From the IMG/VR virus record IMGVR_UViG_3300027974_001900, positions 53,361-117,360 of that record: 64,000 bases of DNA. One strand, written 5' to 3'. Below the pieces are notes generated by a model, which saw only the letters and a list, made by a program, of their open reading frames with translations, was not told where the DNA came from and made no database searches. The first letter of the stretch is position 1. Each line of letters begins with the position of its first letter. The stretch comes from a virus. Positions 50,501 to 59,131 of the stretch are shown piece after piece. The position numbers and the translations under genes are program-made.

Positions 50501-50757
50501 GTTTCGTCTACAGTAAGTCCAGAATAGGAAGAAGTATTTGGAATACCATTATAAATTCTTAAAGCATCATTTGGATCAATCGCACCACTTATAACGTTAA
50601 GTGTTAATGTTCCAGTTGTATATTGTGGAGCAATTAATACATAATAATTTTGACCAGATGAATAGCTACCAGTTGGACCACCAGAATCAAATAAAGAACC
50701 AGTTTGATCTGTTAAAATGTAAGTATTTCTAAACTGATTAAGATTATAATTAGCCAT
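47536..50757 (-). CDS. Adhesin-like virion protein: CUB-like + LamG + about 5 Calx-beta repeats
   Basis: 'GSLFDSGGPTGSYS' (CUB-like); 'WHHYGW...YRDG...SGSFDD' (LamG); repeats such as 'FTSASYNTGEASGSVTVYVDRLSGSNG..SVNY.T.NGTAVSGTNY' (Calx-beta). Confidence 0.75.
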   Translation of the reverse strand: MANYNLNQFRNTYILTDQTGSLFDSGGPTGSYSSGQNYYVLIAPQYTTGTLTLNVISGAIDPNDALRIYNGIPNTSSYSGLTVDETLLAVLSGTLSTQTITASAGRAYIRFGSRTSTNTVGTLGGFQLDWTGSGIQTVDSASGVIRNQYGATFPKESYLTFAPGMFTGSSTLTGSKDIVLGFWARADYDSDDPLRGLITIGDAGSGNQGLVINKVSATQDLRIVYRDSNSNANLFTATNMLQGGGTGAPTTAKLVPQWHHYGWAIRRTSTTGYNVAAYRDGAFFASSSATFASVHGNITSSQNIILGQYRSAGVISTGQSWSGSFDDVFLGTLDAATPANHASFFSAIFNSGNWSDPTEVITGSYYSGKNGAVIFNWRFEETGSMLNTRDWGTYGNIHSASTMVTGGGNVFLTATGSGQSYTAYSSLAYSASVLSNAVVSFNTSSSSVYENTSSYVFSIQVATASVGQSATASFTTGSSGQTAVLGTNYNLILGGTTYSSSAQLPLYVSWSASDTTTKYITASIIDNTTYTGTSSSFSLIIQTASSTNVTTTSPFIFTLNILDYEEGNPSFTSASYNTGEASGSVTVYVDRLSGSNGPLSVNYITTNGTAVSGTNYTAISGTFSWVDGNTSRLSASIPILYDNVQTSNINFGINLYSLSTGSFLPYAITSSTITIVDQEPGTFNWEVTSLSAYETASNATINVLRTSGSYGAVTASLFYSSSAGTISPQTGSAGSVIFSGSQTTAQVVYALTDDLIDEANDPVYITFSSLTTTAGTAKTGSQGTLILTIIDNETGSVTFSGSSATIYENTGSYYIAVNRLYGGDQAETASITIGGTATSGTQYDIIYNGITQSSPFNIIWADQTKDTRYITASVYDNNLLDGDRTIIFGINSSSVSAIGPTSSFQLNILDYEITGSVRFVTSSYAVSIPDAINVQVERYNGKDVSASVIVDASSSSTAVAGVDYANIFPYTVNWANQESGSKNITVSTLSSWGPSSTLNLKFTSLTNLSSGSILTASVAITSTTITQSTSIYSNLNKDYTINDYANLSYQFTRRTQQVPFSLNLKGTGKIRKP

Positions 50758-51070
50758 TCATGTTTTTCCTATTTTTAACAGGTATTTTATACTTAAACAT
50801 ATTTCTTTCTAATGTATCTATATCTAAGCCTAAAAATCTTGATGTACCTTTCTTTGTCTTTTTCAAATCGAGAGCAAATTTTATTAACCCTTCAGTAATT
50901 ACTTCTCTGATTATAAAATAGAGTTTATAACCCATTAAATTATTTTTGAAAGATTGATCTTCTAACTCTAAACGCAAAAAGAAGATCTCTTCGAGTGTTA
51001 GGTGTTTTAACATCACCTCAAACTCCTCGTTGGATCTTCTTTCTTCTCTTAATTTTTTAATTAATGACAT
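50750..51070 (-). CDS. Fis-like HTH protein
   Basis: C-terminal 'AL....KKGTSRFLGLDIDTLERNMFKYKI'. Confidence 0.5.
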   Translation of the reverse strand: MSLIKKLREERRSNEEFEVMLKHLTLEEIFFLRLELEDQSFKNNLMGYKLYFIIREVITEGLIKFALDLKKTKKGTSRFLGLDIDTLERNMFKYKIPVKNRKNMNG

Positions 51071-52002
51071 TATCTTAACAAATGAGCGAGAATTTGATCG
51101 CTTAATTTCTTTGATTCAACTAATCTTCTTCTTTTCTTACCTTCTGCTAATGGAGCTGGTGTGCCACCAGCGCCGCCTTCGTAAGATTGACCAGTTTGCT
51201 TAATTTTCTCATAAGCAGATGTTGTTGGCTCTTCAACCATTCCTTGTAAGTCTTTCTCAAAGCGGTCAAAGTATAGTTTTAAATTAGTTAATAGATAATC
51301 AAAAAAGATCTTTCTATCTTTTGGTAATTCTAATAATTTATAACCATTTTTAATAGTTGTACCAATACCTCTTTTATTCCAAGTTCTTAGGGCGATATTT
51401 CTACCTGTTAGGTCTTGCCCTGGAATTGTAAACGACTCTTCAGTTTGTTCTTCTTTAGTTTTCTTTTTATCATCTGGTTGATCATTGGTTTTAACATCAA
51501 TCATCTTACCTTCTTCACCAGAAGGTTCGTCGCCTATTTTAATATCAATACCTTCTTTATCTTCTTGTTCTTGTAGATTTTCTGTTGCTTCTGGAGGTAA
51601 TTCACTTTTTACAGCATCTGGTATTGCTTCTGCACTGATAGATCCTTCTCCTCCTTCTTGGTCTGCATCAAAGGCAGCATCAGCAGCTAAAAGAATGTCA
51701 ATGGCAGCACGAATAATGTGTGCTCTGTAAGATTTTCTTTGATCTTCGCTTGATGTTAGTTTTTTGTAGTCAGATTCAATAGCTGGAATAATAGAAGTCA
51801 AAACAGATTCAAGCTCATTAATACCAGTTGATGCACCAGGAACAACTGATTCTTTTTCTTGTAGAAGTTTACGAATAGCTGTTCTTAGAATCTTCTCTTC
51901 TTTTAATGTTTGCTTTTGTTCTTCTTGTTTTTTAGCATGATTTTCAGCTAAATACTTTCTAACAAACATTCTTAGCTTCTTTTCTTCCAGTTTATTTGAC
52001 AT
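51070..52002 (-). CDS. Hypothetical protein, putatively head-packaged
   Basis: Leader 'LRMFVRKYLAE...LRTAIRKLLQE'; acidic linker; tail 'RRLVES'. Confidence 0.55.
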   Translation of the reverse strand: MSNKLEEKKLRMFVRKYLAENHAKKQEEQKQTLKEEKILRTAIRKLLQEKESVVPGASTGINELESVLTSIIPAIESDYKKLTSSEDQRKSYRAHIIRAAIDILLAADAAFDADQEGGEGSISAEAIPDAVKSELPPEATENLQEQEDKEGIDIKIGDEPSGEEGKMIDVKTNDQPDDKKKTKEEQTEESFTIPGQDLTGRNIALRTWNKRGIGTTIKNGYKLLELPKDRKIFFDYLLTNLKLYFDRFEKDLQGMVEEPTTSAYEKIKQTGQSYEGGAGGTPAPLAEGKKRRRLVESKKLSDQILAHLLR

Positions 52003-52015
52003 TCTTTAATTCCTC

Positions 52016-54100
52016 TTACTTATTATAAATACTATTCACTCTACTAATTAGATCTCCAAGATTTAATTTTGGTTGAATTGGTTGAGGTTTATGTAGTTCT
52101 TTATTTATTATTTGAATAATAGTGTTTTCTTTTAATGATTGAACTTCTTCTTTTACACGTAAAATATCATATGCTCTCTTTTGATATTCTGGTGTACTTA
52201 GAATTTCTTCTGGTAGATATTCGTTTATTGTTTCTATATCATTTTCTGCTACTGCGTTTCTAAACTCTGTTGAAGCGTATTCACTTAAAATATCCTGCTC
52301 TCTACTCGCACCACTCTTCAATGCGACAGGAATTTCGTATTCTTCTCCAAACAAAATTTGCCACGGTTTATCTTTTACAAACTTTGATAGGTTAGAGTAA
52401 TAACCACGATCTTTTCTACTAACCCCAAGCAAGATTACATCACCAGGTTGTGTTTTGTCAAGATCGTTGTTGGGATTAGCGATATAGTCATAGACATCCT
52501 TGACAGGATTCTCGCGTTTTGTTATTCTTAACTCCACAAGGTCTTGCAAGCCAGAAGCTTCTAAATACAAATTAAATAATTCCATAGATTGTCCAAGTGT
52601 AAATTCTTGGTTGTCTTTGGAATACCTTGCTCTATCACCAACTATAACAATAACTTTTTCTACTGTAAAATTCTTATTATTAATTTCTGGTAGTTTAATA
52701 AAGTTCTTAATAACTTCTAAATGACCTTTATGTGGTGGTTTAAAAGCTCCAGCATACAAAACTTTCATCCCATTTGCTTCAACAGTTTTGCTTTCATTTA
52801 ATTGTTGACCATCATATTTCATCATATTTACAATTTGATTGACAGGACCAAAAGAAGATGTTAACTTGTAAGTGTGATCCTTATAGCGGAACACTAAACC
52901 CTCAACAGGGTTACTCACCAACTCCACAAAGTTAATGCTACTACCTTTAAGTTTATCCATCTGCTTTCTTAAATTACTTTTCTGTTTATCAGTTCCGCTA
53001 CTGTTAATATTTTCTATTGCTTTGTTAACCATAGAAATAATGTCTTCTGCTGTTTGCTTTTGGTTGGATACATACAAGCTCTCGTGTTTATCCAATAAAA
53101 TAGAAGAACAGTTAAATATTATTCTTTCTAATGGTTGTCGTAAGGTTCTGAAAATTTCTTTGGCAGGCTCTTCATTTGTAAAGTTCTTAATAGCTCCGCT
53201 ATTCTGCATAGATGAAGTTGTAAAGAATTCATTTATTCGTGGTTTCTTAACGTGCTTTGGACCAAAACCAACTGAAAGAATTGATTTAACTACAAATTCA
53301 GTTTGTTGGTTATCTAAGTTAGCTTTTTTATCTGCTAGGTATTTCTCTATGCCTTTAATAAAATACTTTCCTACGGTATCTTTCATATCCAGTCCAAACT
53401 TTTTGAACTCTTTTCGTAGGTCAATTAATTCCGCCTCAATAGCCCCAGGATTTATACGGTCAATTTTGGAAGGCTTATCATCGGTAATTTGTATTCCGTT
53501 AGTATTTGTAGAATTACCAAAAAGTTTAGATAAGTCAGCAAATTTTCTTTGTATTTCTTCTGTATCGGAAGCTTCGATTGTTCCCTTAGCAGAATCTATT
53601 TTAATATTTCCCAGTTTGTGGAAAATTAACATTTTTCTTGCATACTTGATTACATTTGGAGTGTTTGGGTCAAGTAATTCTACGTTAAAAAAGAACTGCG
53701 GATTTCCTTGGTTGTCTTTACCAAAGATCATTTCTTTTGATGAATCAGAAGAAAATACTACATTAACAACTTTTTCAAAATATCCCAATAATTCTGTATA
53801 TGTTCTAACAACATTAGAAGGAACAGGTTTTTTGTTGTCTTGAATACGCTTTGATGTAAACTCATCTCTCAATTCTTCAATGGTTACACCAGCAGTTTTA
53901 ATTTGTCCATTATTTCTTAATAATTTTGCTTTTTTATCCTTAGTTGAATAAGAGAGATAAATGTTATATCCGTCTACTTTTTCGTAGATTTGAATATCTC
54001 CTCTATTTTCAGCAATATCTCGATAAATTCTTACAACATCTTCTAATGTAAGATCAGGGTCTTCATATAAATGATCTATGTGTCCTGTTAATCCGCTCAT
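52016..54100 (-). CDS. Fusion of an ATP-dependent ligase-fold domain and a HIGH-family nucleotidyltransferase
   Basis: 'YEKVDGYN' (KxDG motif I), 'VEGLVFR', 'YKLT'; then 'YAGAFKPPHKGH' (HxGH) and 'ASTEFR'. Confidence 0.65.
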   Translation of the reverse strand: MSGLTGHIDHLYEDPDLTLEDVVRIYRDIAENRGDIQIYEKVDGYNIYLSYSTKDKKAKLLRNNGQIKTAGVTIEELRDEFTSKRIQDNKKPVPSNVVRTYTELLGYFEKVVNVVFSSDSSKEMIFGKDNQGNPQFFFNVELLDPNTPNVIKYARKMLIFHKLGNIKIDSAKGTIEASDTEEIQRKFADLSKLFGNSTNTNGIQITDDKPSKIDRINPGAIEAELIDLRKEFKKFGLDMKDTVGKYFIKGIEKYLADKKANLDNQQTEFVVKSILSVGFGPKHVKKPRINEFFTTSSMQNSGAIKNFTNEEPAKEIFRTLRQPLERIIFNCSSILLDKHESLYVSNQKQTAEDIISMVNKAIENINSSGTDKQKSNLRKQMDKLKGSSINFVELVSNPVEGLVFRYKDHTYKLTSSFGPVNQIVNMMKYDGQQLNESKTVEANGMKVLYAGAFKPPHKGHLEVIKNFIKLPEINNKNFTVEKVIVIVGDRARYSKDNQEFTLGQSMELFNLYLEASGLQDLVELRITKRENPVKDVYDYIANPNNDLDKTQPGDVILLGVSRKDRGYYSNLSKFVKDKPWQILFGEEYEIPVALKSGASREQDILSEYASTEFRNAVAENDIETINEYLPEEILSTPEYQKRAYDILRVKEEVQSLKENTIIQIINKELHKPQPIQPKLNLGDLISRVNSIYNK

Positions 54101-54111
54101 TGGTTATCTTC

Positions 54112-54555
54112 TTAATAATCGCCAGGGGCATTTTGATGAAACCACTTAATTAATCTTCTTTTTTGTTCCGTGGTCGCTTCATATCTTGCGTGAGTCATCT
54201 TTTCAATCCATACTGGCAGAGTATCTCCGTCAGCATCACAATCCATAACAAATACGTTTGCTTTTTTGTAGTCTCTGGTTTCCTCGTCTGTTAGTGAATC
54301 TTCTTTACTTTTTACTTCTTCAATAATTTTAACTTGTTCTTCTAATAGTTTTAATCTTTCTTCCATTAATCTTGCGTGCTTTCTTGCTTTACGAAGATTT
54401 TCTCGCATAACAGATAGTCTGGATGATTCAGAGACTTTTGATGGTTTAAAGTATTCAATCATCTCGGATATAACATTAAGATACTCCATAAGAGAAGGTT
54501 CTTTTCTCTCATTGAGAATAAAGTCTTTTGTCATTTTATCGTAATCTACTTGCAT
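54112..54555 (-). CDS. Hypothetical protein
   Basis: 147 aa, coiled-coil character; N-terminal 'FILNE'. Confidence 0.55.
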   Translation of the reverse strand: MQVDYDKMTKDFILNERKEPSLMEYLNVISEMIEYFKPSKVSESSRLSVMRENLRKARKHARLMEERLKLLEEQVKIIEEVKSKEDSLTDEETRDYKKANVFVMDCDADGDTLPVWIEKMTHARYEATTEQKRRLIKWFHQNAPGDY

Positions 54556-55811
54556 CCTTTCACCAATCTTTCAAATACGAGTTTTTCTACTTGTTCGTAT
54601 CTGCGTCTTCTTAGAGATTCGTTCATATCTCCACCAAATTTTTCAATTTTTTCTTCTTCTGGTTTTGGCGGAGGAGTTGGTGTTGGTTCTGGTTTTGGAG
54701 TTGGTTCTTCTGGTTGTTTAGAATTACATTTATTTAAAGCTTCAATACTTTTTTGACCAGCAACTCCATCTGCAGTTAATCCAACAGAACTTTGAAACTT
54801 TTTCATTGCTCCCGTTGTTTCTGTACAATATAAACCATCTACTCCAAATTTAGGCAACGGAAAACCACAATCAATTAATTTTTGTTGTACTTCTTTAACT
54901 TTTTCACTTGTTGGACCAGATGGTCCTCCACATCCCCATGATAAATTAGTACACTCTTTAGGAGTTTTTCCGCCATGACAAATTCCGCCTTTGCCACCCT
55001 TACCACCTTTACCGCCACCGCCCTCATCAGGAGTTGCACTAGAATCCTCATCAGCAAACATTTTTGATCCAAGCAAAATTGCTCTTTGAATTATTTTTTG
55101 CTCACCTCTATATGCTGCTTTGCCAGCCAAAGATCCTGCTTGCTTTTCTGCGCTTTTAACAAATTTAGATAATGCAGCGTCTGAGACTTTTTCCTCTGCT
55201 TTCCCGCCTACTTTTACTAGATCTTTATCTAGATTTTTAGCAAGATATTCGCCCGCCTTTTCAGCACCTTCTTTTTCATAAATCTTGAAAAAGTCATCCA
55301 TAACACTGCTTATTGCTTTTGAAGCTCCTTTTGCACCAAGTTTCTCTTCTATAACAATAGTTTTTGTTAAAAATGATTTAATTAAATTTCTACTTTTATA
55401 AATTTGTGGGATAAATGGTATTAATTTGCTAAGTCCCTTAGATCCAAATTTTAATAAACCTTGAACTGGTAAAGCTAAAACATCACCAACACCAGGAATT
55501 GCCATTAAAAAATATAATGCCGCAATAAATGTATGACCAGTATTATAATACCAAATTGCATTTATTACATCTGCGCCAAAACTTATTACAGATCCTGCAC
55601 CTGGAACAAAAGAAGAAACAAGAGCAACTGCATCAAGAACTAAGTGCCCATCAAAAAATGAACTTTCTTCGCTATCTTTCTCGTCACCAGAAAATGGATT
55701 AATTTTAGATAAAAAATCCATAAAACCTTCTTGAAGCAATTCGTCACGTAATTCTTCTTCTATTGCTTCAAGAAGGACTTTATTAAATTGTCTTTCATAA
55801 ATTTTGTTCAT
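54546..55811 (-). CDS. Peptidoglycan-binding protein with hydrophobic pre-toxin-TG-like region
   Basis: 'VKEVQQKL...FGVDGLYCTET..AMKKFQ..VGLTADGVAGQKS' (PG_binding_1); hydrophobic 'FVPGAG...ADVINAIWY...LMAIPGVGD'. Confidence 0.7.
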   Translation of the reverse strand: MNKIYERQFNKVLLEAIEEELRDELLQEGFMDFLSKINPFSGDEKDSEESSFFDGHLVLDAVALVSSFVPGAGSVISFGADVINAIWYYNTGHTFIAALYFLMAIPGVGDVLALPVQGLLKFGSKGLSKLIPFIPQIYKSRNLIKSFLTKTIVIEEKLGAKGASKAISSVMDDFFKIYEKEGAEKAGEYLAKNLDKDLVKVGGKAEEKVSDAALSKFVKSAEKQAGSLAGKAAYRGEQKIIQRAILLGSKMFADEDSSATPDEGGGGKGGKGGKGGICHGGKTPKECTNLSWGCGGPSGPTSEKVKEVQQKLIDCGFPLPKFGVDGLYCTETTGAMKKFQSSVGLTADGVAGQKSIEALNKCNSKQPEEPTPKPEPTPTPPPKPEEEKIEKFGGDMNESLRRRRYEQVEKLVFERLVKGCK

Positions 55812-55825
55812 TTTATAGTTCCTAA

Positions 55826-57193
55826 TTATAGTTTTCTAACTAGTTTTTCAAACAAGATTTTTGCTTCGTTTCCTTTCTTATAATCATAGAAATTTTCGTG
55901 ATTAAATTGTTTGGATTCTTGTTGAATTCCTGCAGTTGGAATATATGATCTTAGTTTACCAATTGTTAAGTTAGTTAAATTCTGTAGATCTTTTATTATC
56001 TTATCAGCAAGAACACGGGTAGCTCCAAGACCAGTTCCTTCAGCCTGAGCTTTTACAACATTTTCTGGAACTCCGGAATTTCTTCCTGATGTTTTTCTTG
56101 GTCCAATAATTGCTTCAACCGCACTATAAGCTTTTTGAGGAGACATTTTTTTCTCATCAATTAAGTATGCAACAGCAGCCTTAAAAATATTACCATAACC
56201 TGGCTCTTGTGGTAGAGAACCACCGTACATTTTATCTATAGCCTCGGTTCTGGTCATCCCACCTTGCTCCTGTGGTTGTGGAGTTGGAGGTGGGACTGGT
56301 GGTGGAACTGGCTCTGGCTTAGTATCATCCTTCTCGTCTGGTGGAGGAACTGGCGGAGGATTGCCACCACATTTTATTCCTAGTGCCTTGCTTGTATTTT
56401 TTCCAGCAATACCGTCGTCTTTTAATTTCTTTGATTTTTGAAACTTTATAACGGCTGCTTCTGTTTCTTTACCAAACAATTGCGAGCTAACTTCTGAACT
56501 TGTTGTACTTAACAACTTTAATGCGACAAGCTTATCCTGTACTTCTTTTACACTTGCACCTTTGCAATTAAGTCCGACTCCCTTGCAGCGTATGCAAGAA
56601 ACTTTTGCTTTATCACCACCTCCATTATCTGGAACTGGCTCTGGTGGTTGTGGAGATGGTGCGGGTTGTGTATCTGGCATTCCTTCAAACTCTTCAAGGA
56701 GTCTAAGAAGCTCTAGCTTATCCTTCTTCTGCCCACCAACAGCAGAAGCACTCCATTTTGATTGAATTTCTGTCTTATAATTTGGGAAGTTTTCAATAAC
56801 TTTTTTGCACCAAGAAGTATCACCACCTTTACAGTGGGTTTGATAAGCTCTTGCAACTCCAACCATTGCTTCTGATTCATTATCATTAATATAACGGGAA
56901 GCTAATTGTGACTTAATTAAATCTGCTAATGCTTTTGGATTTTTTTCACATCTTGCGATAGCATCTTGTAACTCTAAAGGACTTCCTTCCACAATTGATG
57001 CAATTGTTGCAACAGCAGCAGGAATAAGAGCGACACCACCAGTTGCTACTGCTGCAACTGCACCACCAACTCCAGTAAGAGCTGTTCTACCAATATTATT
57101 ACTACTAGCTTTTTCTGTTTCTGTACCTAAATTTACTTGTTCTAAAATGTTTTTAATTTCTTTTAGAATTTTTTGGCGTAGCATATTGTTCAT
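55826..57193 (-). CDS. Peptidoglycan-binding protein with Gly/Ala-rich hydrophobic helix
   Basis: 'VKEVQDKL...FGKETEAAVIKFQKSKKLKDDGIAGKNT'; 'TGVGGAVAAVATGGVALIPAAV'; Pro-rich linkers. Confidence 0.7.
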   Translation of the reverse strand: MNNMLRQKILKEIKNILEQVNLGTETEKASSNNIGRTALTGVGGAVAAVATGGVALIPAAVATIASIVEGSPLELQDAIARCEKNPKALADLIKSQLASRYINDNESEAMVGVARAYQTHCKGGDTSWCKKVIENFPNYKTEIQSKWSASAVGGQKKDKLELLRLLEEFEGMPDTQPAPSPQPPEPVPDNGGGDKAKVSCIRCKGVGLNCKGASVKEVQDKLVALKLLSTTSSEVSSQLFGKETEAAVIKFQKSKKLKDDGIAGKNTSKALGIKCGGNPPPVPPPDEKDDTKPEPVPPPVPPPTPQPQEQGGMTRTEAIDKMYGGSLPQEPGYGNIFKAAVAYLIDEKKMSPQKAYSAVEAIIGPRKTSGRNSGVPENVVKAQAEGTGLGATRVLADKIIKDLQNLTNLTIGKLRSYIPTAGIQQESKQFNHENFYDYKKGNEAKILFEKLVRKL

Positions 57194-59130
57194 TATAAAA
57201 TTTCCTTCTTTGCAGATGATTTAATTAGTTTTTCAAATAACATTTCAGCATTTTTAACTTTTTTATTTTCATAAAAAGATTCATAATCACGTTTTGCTGG
57301 AGCTTTAGCAGCTGGTTGTGCAGCAACAGATTTGAATCTAGAATCAGCAGCTAAATCAGAACAAACTTTATTTAATTTAGCAGGATCTTTAAAATCATCT
57401 ATGCTATTATACATTCCAAAATTTAATACTTCATTTCCTAAACTTTTTGCTGCTGCAAAAGTTTTTGGACCAAATGCTCCGTCCACTTTAATTGCTTTTG
57501 CTTGTGGAGTTTGTGCATTTGCTTTAACCCATTTCTGGAAGTTCATGATGGTATTTGTATCTGAACATTTAAAAGAATGAGTTCTTTGATCAAAAGTACC
57601 AGGGGCTGTTGCTGGTTGTGCATCTCCAGCTGCTGCAGGCGAAGTTTGAGAAGGTTCTGGAGTTATGCTATTTAATAAATTAGCAACTTCTTCTGCAGTA
57701 AGTATACCGCTTTCTCCAAGCATTAGTCCTCTGGCTTGTAATACATTACCGGCTTTAGTTCCATAAAGAGGAGCAAAACATTTTGATAATTCTTTTTTAG
57801 TATCATCATTAATGCTTTTATCATTTATAATTGTGTTATAAAGAATTGCCATATCATCGACATCTTCCCTACCCCAACTCATCGGTGTTTGTTCGCCTTT
57901 GCTTGCTTGTAATTTCGAATATTGACCAAGGGTTGCTATATTTCCAACAGTTCCTGCGATTCCTTTACCAATTGCTCCTAAAGTAGAATCAGCGCTTTCT
58001 CCGCGCTTAAATCCGCCCTTACAATATTGTTTAAACATTTCAACTGCTTGCTGTCCTTTTGCATTTACGACTTCGCCTTTTTCTTCATTTTTTTGAGCCT
58101 CCGCTGCCATTGAGCCTAATTTATTAATGCCCATACCAATCAGAGTTCCAATTGCAACTCCGCCTCCAACAGCAGATGCGGCTCCTGCAATACTGGCGAA
58201 TCCTGCTTTAGCGGCAAGCATAGCTCCTACCTCAACAACCGTTGCTCCACCAAGTAAGTGCTCATCAAAAGTTATGGCACTTGGATCTGTAGCTAATTGC
58301 CATGCGTACATTGCAGCTCCAATGACTGCTAATGGTTTGGCAATTTTTCCTAATTTTTCAATAAAGGCTTTAACAGGAAGAGAGCCAGCTCCTTTTCTAA
58401 TTCTCTCAAGTAATTGAACAAATTTTGCAGGATTTTTTGCAGCAGCAGATACTTCCGCTGCAGTTGTCTTAGCAACATTAGCTGCTACAGCAGCTTCCCC
58501 AGACGCAGCTGCTGTAGAAGTACTAGCAGATTTTAACATGGCAGTTGCATCTTCTACTGAATTAACAAGATAACTTTTCCCTGGATTAAAAGTTATTGCT
58601 TTTTGATTTATTAATGCTTGAACTTCTTTCTCTGTTTTACCTAAATTTTTTGCTAATTCTGCAACATCTTTTGCCTTAGTCTTAATAATGCTGCCAGCTG
58701 TTAAACGAGTAGCAGATGAAGGAATAGGAGCTTTTCCTGGTGGTGGAGGAGCTGAAGGGGTAGCAGTAAGAACAGCGCCTGGTTTAGCCTTTGCAACTAT
58801 GCCATTTGCTACTTGATCAAAATTTTTAGTTGCCTTTAAATCCGCAACAGTAATTTCTTTAAGTTTATTAACTATATCCGCGCCTTTTTTGTTGCTCATA
58901 AGCAATCTTTCAGCAGCCCTTAATTGTCCGGTATTTCCTGCGGCTTTTGCTCTCAACCATCTTTCTGCAGCAAGCTGTAGAGCGGGAATGCTTTCTATTT
59001 CGTTTAATAGAAAGCTGTTTAATCCTTCGGCTATTTCTTCAAATAACTTTTCTTCTTGAAGAGCTGATTTATTTTGATTTTGTAAAAATCTAAGCTCTTT
59101 TAAAATTTCTTGACGTAGTTTCTTGTGCAT
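57193..59130 (-). CDS. Ala-rich protein with glycine-zipper helices and a C-terminal PG-binding motif
   Basis: 'NFQKWV...IKVDGAFGPKT'; 'AGAASAVGGGVAIGTLIGMGI'. Confidence 0.65.
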   Translation of the reverse strand: MHKKLRQEILKELRFLQNQNKSALQEEKLFEEIAEGLNSFLLNEIESIPALQLAAERWLRAKAAGNTGQLRAAERLLMSNKKGADIVNKLKEITVADLKATKNFDQVANGIVAKAKPGAVLTATPSAPPPPGKAPIPSSATRLTAGSIIKTKAKDVAELAKNLGKTEKEVQALINQKAITFNPGKSYLVNSVEDATAMLKSASTSTAAASGEAAVAANVAKTTAAEVSAAAKNPAKFVQLLERIRKGAGSLPVKAFIEKLGKIAKPLAVIGAAMYAWQLATDPSAITFDEHLLGGATVVEVGAMLAAKAGFASIAGAASAVGGGVAIGTLIGMGINKLGSMAAEAQKNEEKGEVVNAKGQQAVEMFKQYCKGGFKRGESADSTLGAIGKGIAGTVGNIATLGQYSKLQASKGEQTPMSWGREDVDDMAILYNTIINDKSINDDTKKELSKCFAPLYGTKAGNVLQARGLMLGESGILTAEEVANLLNSITPEPSQTSPAAAGDAQPATAPGTFDQRTHSFKCSDTNTIMNFQKWVKANAQTPQAKAIKVDGAFGPKTFAAAKSLGNEVLNFGMYNSIDDFKDPAKLNKVCSDLAADSRFKSVAAQPAAKAPAKRDYESFYENKKVKNAEMLFEKLIKSSAKKEIL

Positions 59131-59131
59131 C

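Noticed and set aside
52935-53843. 302-aa plus-strand ORF and the many other short plus-strand or nested ORFs
   Set aside because: Antisense shadows of well-supported minus-strand genes, with F/L/S-rich composition and no motifs
54640-56670. Short GGT/GGA-rich tandem-like repeats
   Set aside because: They encode Pro/Gly linkers (PEPTPTPPP, GGKGGKGG) and are not independent DNA repeat elements
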